In this document: positions 60,777-64,000 of the stretch, one piece after another
Layout: every line of letters begins with the position of its first letter
Numbering within the stretch: position 1 is the stretch's first letter
Made by a program: the position numbers and the translations under genes
Assembly (NCBI RefSeq): GCF_004010195.1
Contig: NC_057718.1
Location: forward strand, 87,168,139 to 87,232,138
Length of the DNA stretch: 64,000 bases
Reading direction: 5' to 3'
Source: Chiloscyllium plagiosum
Lineage: Eukaryota
Notes under the pieces: model-generated
The model's input: only the letters and a program-made list of their open reading frames with translations
The model's database searches: none
What the model was told of the DNA's origin: nothing

Positions 60777-62391
60777 TATGAGGTAGTAAAGAATCAGAAG
60801 GATTTGCTGATTGTGTGATTGGTTAAAAGAGAAAAAGGTTTGTAGAGAGCATAAACATCAGCATAGCCATGTGGGCCGAATGGCCTGCCAACATTGTCAC
60901 AGGCAAGCTTGGCACCTGATTAACAGTGCTGGCTGCTGTCTGGGGACCAGGTACTTATTCTAGCATGCAACGCTGCAAGACAGATTCTAGCCATTGCTGA
61001 GTTTAACATTGGAATTTAATTGGATTTAATTTAATTAAATTTAATATAATTTAATTGGAATTAACAGCAAATTGGAACAGGCAGGAGAGCAAAAGACCAC
61101 CAGTGACCCTCTCTGCTTAAGCAAAAGCAATTTTGAGCACCTCATTTTAAACGAAACTTTACTATCAGTAGTCTAATATCGCAGCATTACGGCTCACCAC
61201 AGTGCTGTTTGTTCTTGTCATTTGCTGCTTTGAAAATTGCCCCGGTTCTCTCCCTCCACTGAATAACCTCATCAACAAGCTTAACAATTAATTGGAGGTG
61301 ACTGAGTTGCTGGCTTTGTGACCATCCTTTGTGAAAATCACCACGCATTCCAGAGGCATCAAAAGATTAGCACCAAAACCAAGAGTGGCCATACCAGACC
61401 TCAGCTGCCTGGGTGTTAGAAAATCCTGCCCCAACTTCAGAGATATCTTCACATGCTGGAGGCAGCCATGGTGTCTACTATGATGACTGAGGAAAAATGA
61501 AAGAAATATTGGGTTGATGGACTCAGGAAATACATCTCTAGATTGGTGGTTGCTGGAGTTCTTGAGAAGCCCCTCCAGCTGGCAACTTAGTCTGGAAGCC
61601 TAAGCATCTGATTGATGTTGTTCATCCCATAATTAGAATTACAGAATCGTTAAAGCACAGAAGGTGGCCATATAGCCCATCATTTCTGTCTGTTCACTGT
61701 AGGAGCTCCCCAGCTAATGCTACTACTGCCTTTTCCTTCTTTTCTCTTCAGTTAACTTTCAAATTCTCTTTAGAGGGCCACAATTGAATCTGCCTCATGT
61801 GTAATGTATTTGAGATCCTAACTGCATAAAAGGATTTTCTTTATGTTGTTCTGGATATTTTTTTGCAAATTATCTTATATTTGTGTCCTCTCGTTCACAA
61901 CCATTCCCCAATGGGAACACTTTCTCCCTATCTACACGATCTACACCTTCATGATTTTGAACAACTCTATCAAAACTGCTCTCAATATTTAACTGCAATT
62001 GGGAAATCAGTCCTGTTCCAGCAGTTTATGGCAGTAACTCGAAGCTCAACATCATCCAGGAAAAAGCAGACCAGATCCACCACCTTAAACATTCATTGCT
62101 TCCACCACATATACACAGTAGCAGCAAAGTATATGATCTACCGGGTGAACAACAGGAAATCACCAAGGCTCTTAGACAGCACCTTCCAAACCCATGACCT
62201 GCATCATCTGGAAAGACAAAGGTAGCAGATACATGGGAGCACCAAGCTGTACTCCATTGTGTGTTGGGACTGTGTCACTGTTGCTTCATGCTAGGTGAAA
62301 ACTTGCAACCCCCTGCCCAACACCACTGAGTATATACTTGATCTGTATCAGTTTAAGGAAATGGTTCATCACTACCTTCAGAAGGACAAGA

Positions 62392-62497
62392 TTAAAAATC
62401 ATACAACACCAGGTTATAGTCCAATAGGTTTATAAACCTGGTGTTGTGTGATTTTTAACTTTGTACACCCCAGTTCAACACTGGCACCTCCAAATTA
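62392..62497. mobile_element. Short palindromic Penelope-derived unit (family of 19595-19802) inside a LINE tail (about 62050-62565)
   Basis: ttaaaaatcatacaacaccagg ... cctggtgttgtgtgatttttaa; no ribozyme core retained. Confidence 0.7.
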
Positions 62498-63704
62498 TTA
62501 ATAAGGACTATTAGGGATGAGCAATAAGTGCTGCTTCAGCCAGTGACCACCACGTCTCATGATGAATAGAAGTAAACTGAAGTTCCTCATTCCTGGAATC
62601 ACTTTTATAAATCATGCCTGTATCGTCTCCAATTCGTTTGCATCTTTCCTTAACTGCAATGGCAAGAATTTTGTATAACACTCCAGTTGAAACCAAACCT
62701 CTGTTTGTTAAGGACTCACCCAGCAGCCCCCTTCAGCTTTAAAGAAGAGTCCATTGGTCTCAAAATGTTAATGTTTCCGTCTCCATTGGTCCAGAAGGAC
62801 CTCACAAGTTTCTCCTGTAATCTCTATTTTTACCTCAGATTTCTAGCATCCGCTATACTTTGGTTTTATTTCACCATAACTTCCTTTGTTATTTATAAAA
62901 TCCAGCATCCTGGATGCTCTACTAGCCACAGTTTCAAATTGCCCTGCTATTTTCAATTGTCTTTCCAAATATATTCCAGTATTTCACTGTTTATACACTC
63001 CCTTGAGATTTCCATTCTTTATTTTGTGTTGTTTTCCTCATTCTCCTGACTAAAATATATCACTTCGGTCTGTAATATAAAACTTAGAACAGTACAGCGC
63101 AAGAACAGGCCCTTCAGCCCACTATTTTCATAGTGACCATGATGCCAATCTGTCTTCACATGGTCCATATCATTCTATTCCCGTGTCTGTCTAAATGCTT
63201 TTTAAATACTGCTACTGCATTTACTTCTACCAGATCCATGGGCAGTGCATTTTGGGCACTTACCACCTTCTGTGTAAAAAGTTTGCCTTGTGCATTACCT
63301 TTAAACTTCCTCCCCTCATCTTAAACCTATGCCCTCTAGTATTTGAAAAACAGTTGACAATAAGAGCATAGTATTCATTTCCCAACATTTTTTTGCTTAT
63401 TTAGTTTGTCATTCATTCTTGGGATATGGACAGCACTGGTTTGCCAGGTTTACTACATATCCTGCCTGGCCTGAGTTGTTTGTAGTGGGTGAACTGCAGC
63501 AGTCCTTATGATGATGGTGGTCACTTACAGATATGGGAGTGTTATGATCTCCATAGAGATCATTGACACTTAAACATAAATATAATGCACAGTTATTGAC
63601 TGAAAGAACTATGCCATAAAAAGTCATGTTTTAAGTAAAAAAAACTAACTGTACAATCAAGAATAAATTAAACCAAGCACTGTTAAGACTATACTTTGTA
63701 ATTA

Positions 63705-64000
63705 GAGTCATAGATATGTACAGCATGGAAACAGACCCTTCGGTCCAACCCGCCCATGCTGACCAGATACCCCAACCTAATCTAGTCCCACCTGCCAGCA
63801 CCCGGCCCATATCCCTCCAAACTCTTCCTATTCATATACCCATCCAAATGCCTCTTAAATGTTGCAATTGTACCAGCCTCCACCACATCCTCTGGCAGCT
63901 CATTCCATCCATGTACCACCCTCTGCATAAAAAAGTTGCCCCTTAGGTCTCTTTTATATCTTTCCTCTCACCCTAAACCTATGCCCTCTAGTTCTGGATT
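63705..64000 (-). mobile_element. Young CR1 LINE 3' end (runs off the window)
   Basis: Near-identical reverse complement of 52410-52577 and 40950-41240. Confidence 0.92.

Overview
Eukaryotic, repeat-rich genomic DNA, almost certainly from a shark (HE1-like SINEs, abundant CR1 LINEs, Penelope-derived elements). One host gene is visible: the 3' part of androglobin (ADGB) on the + strand. I rebuilt it by eye as 13 GT-AG exons (1278 to stop at 60388) whose phases all join into one frame of about 650 codons. It starts at the displaced globin A-B(-C) helices and ends in the lysine-rich C-terminus. The introns hold nested mobile DNA: CR1, RTE and L2-type LINE remnants, HE1 and older SINEs, a Gmr1-type gypsy LTR element, solo LTRs, Tigger/pogo MITEs and a decayed two-gene PIF/Harbinger transposon split by CR1 insertions. 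The most notable non-obvious signal is a set of short Penelope-derived insertions with 8-14 bp target-site duplications that carry minimal type I hammerhead ribozyme cores, three of them intact in ADGB's last intron; their ends and inversion points repeatedly fall at the ribozyme core. Nearly all other ORFs in the supplied track are repeat-derived or chance. All coordinates and homologies were read by eye and compared with remembered sequences; no search was run.
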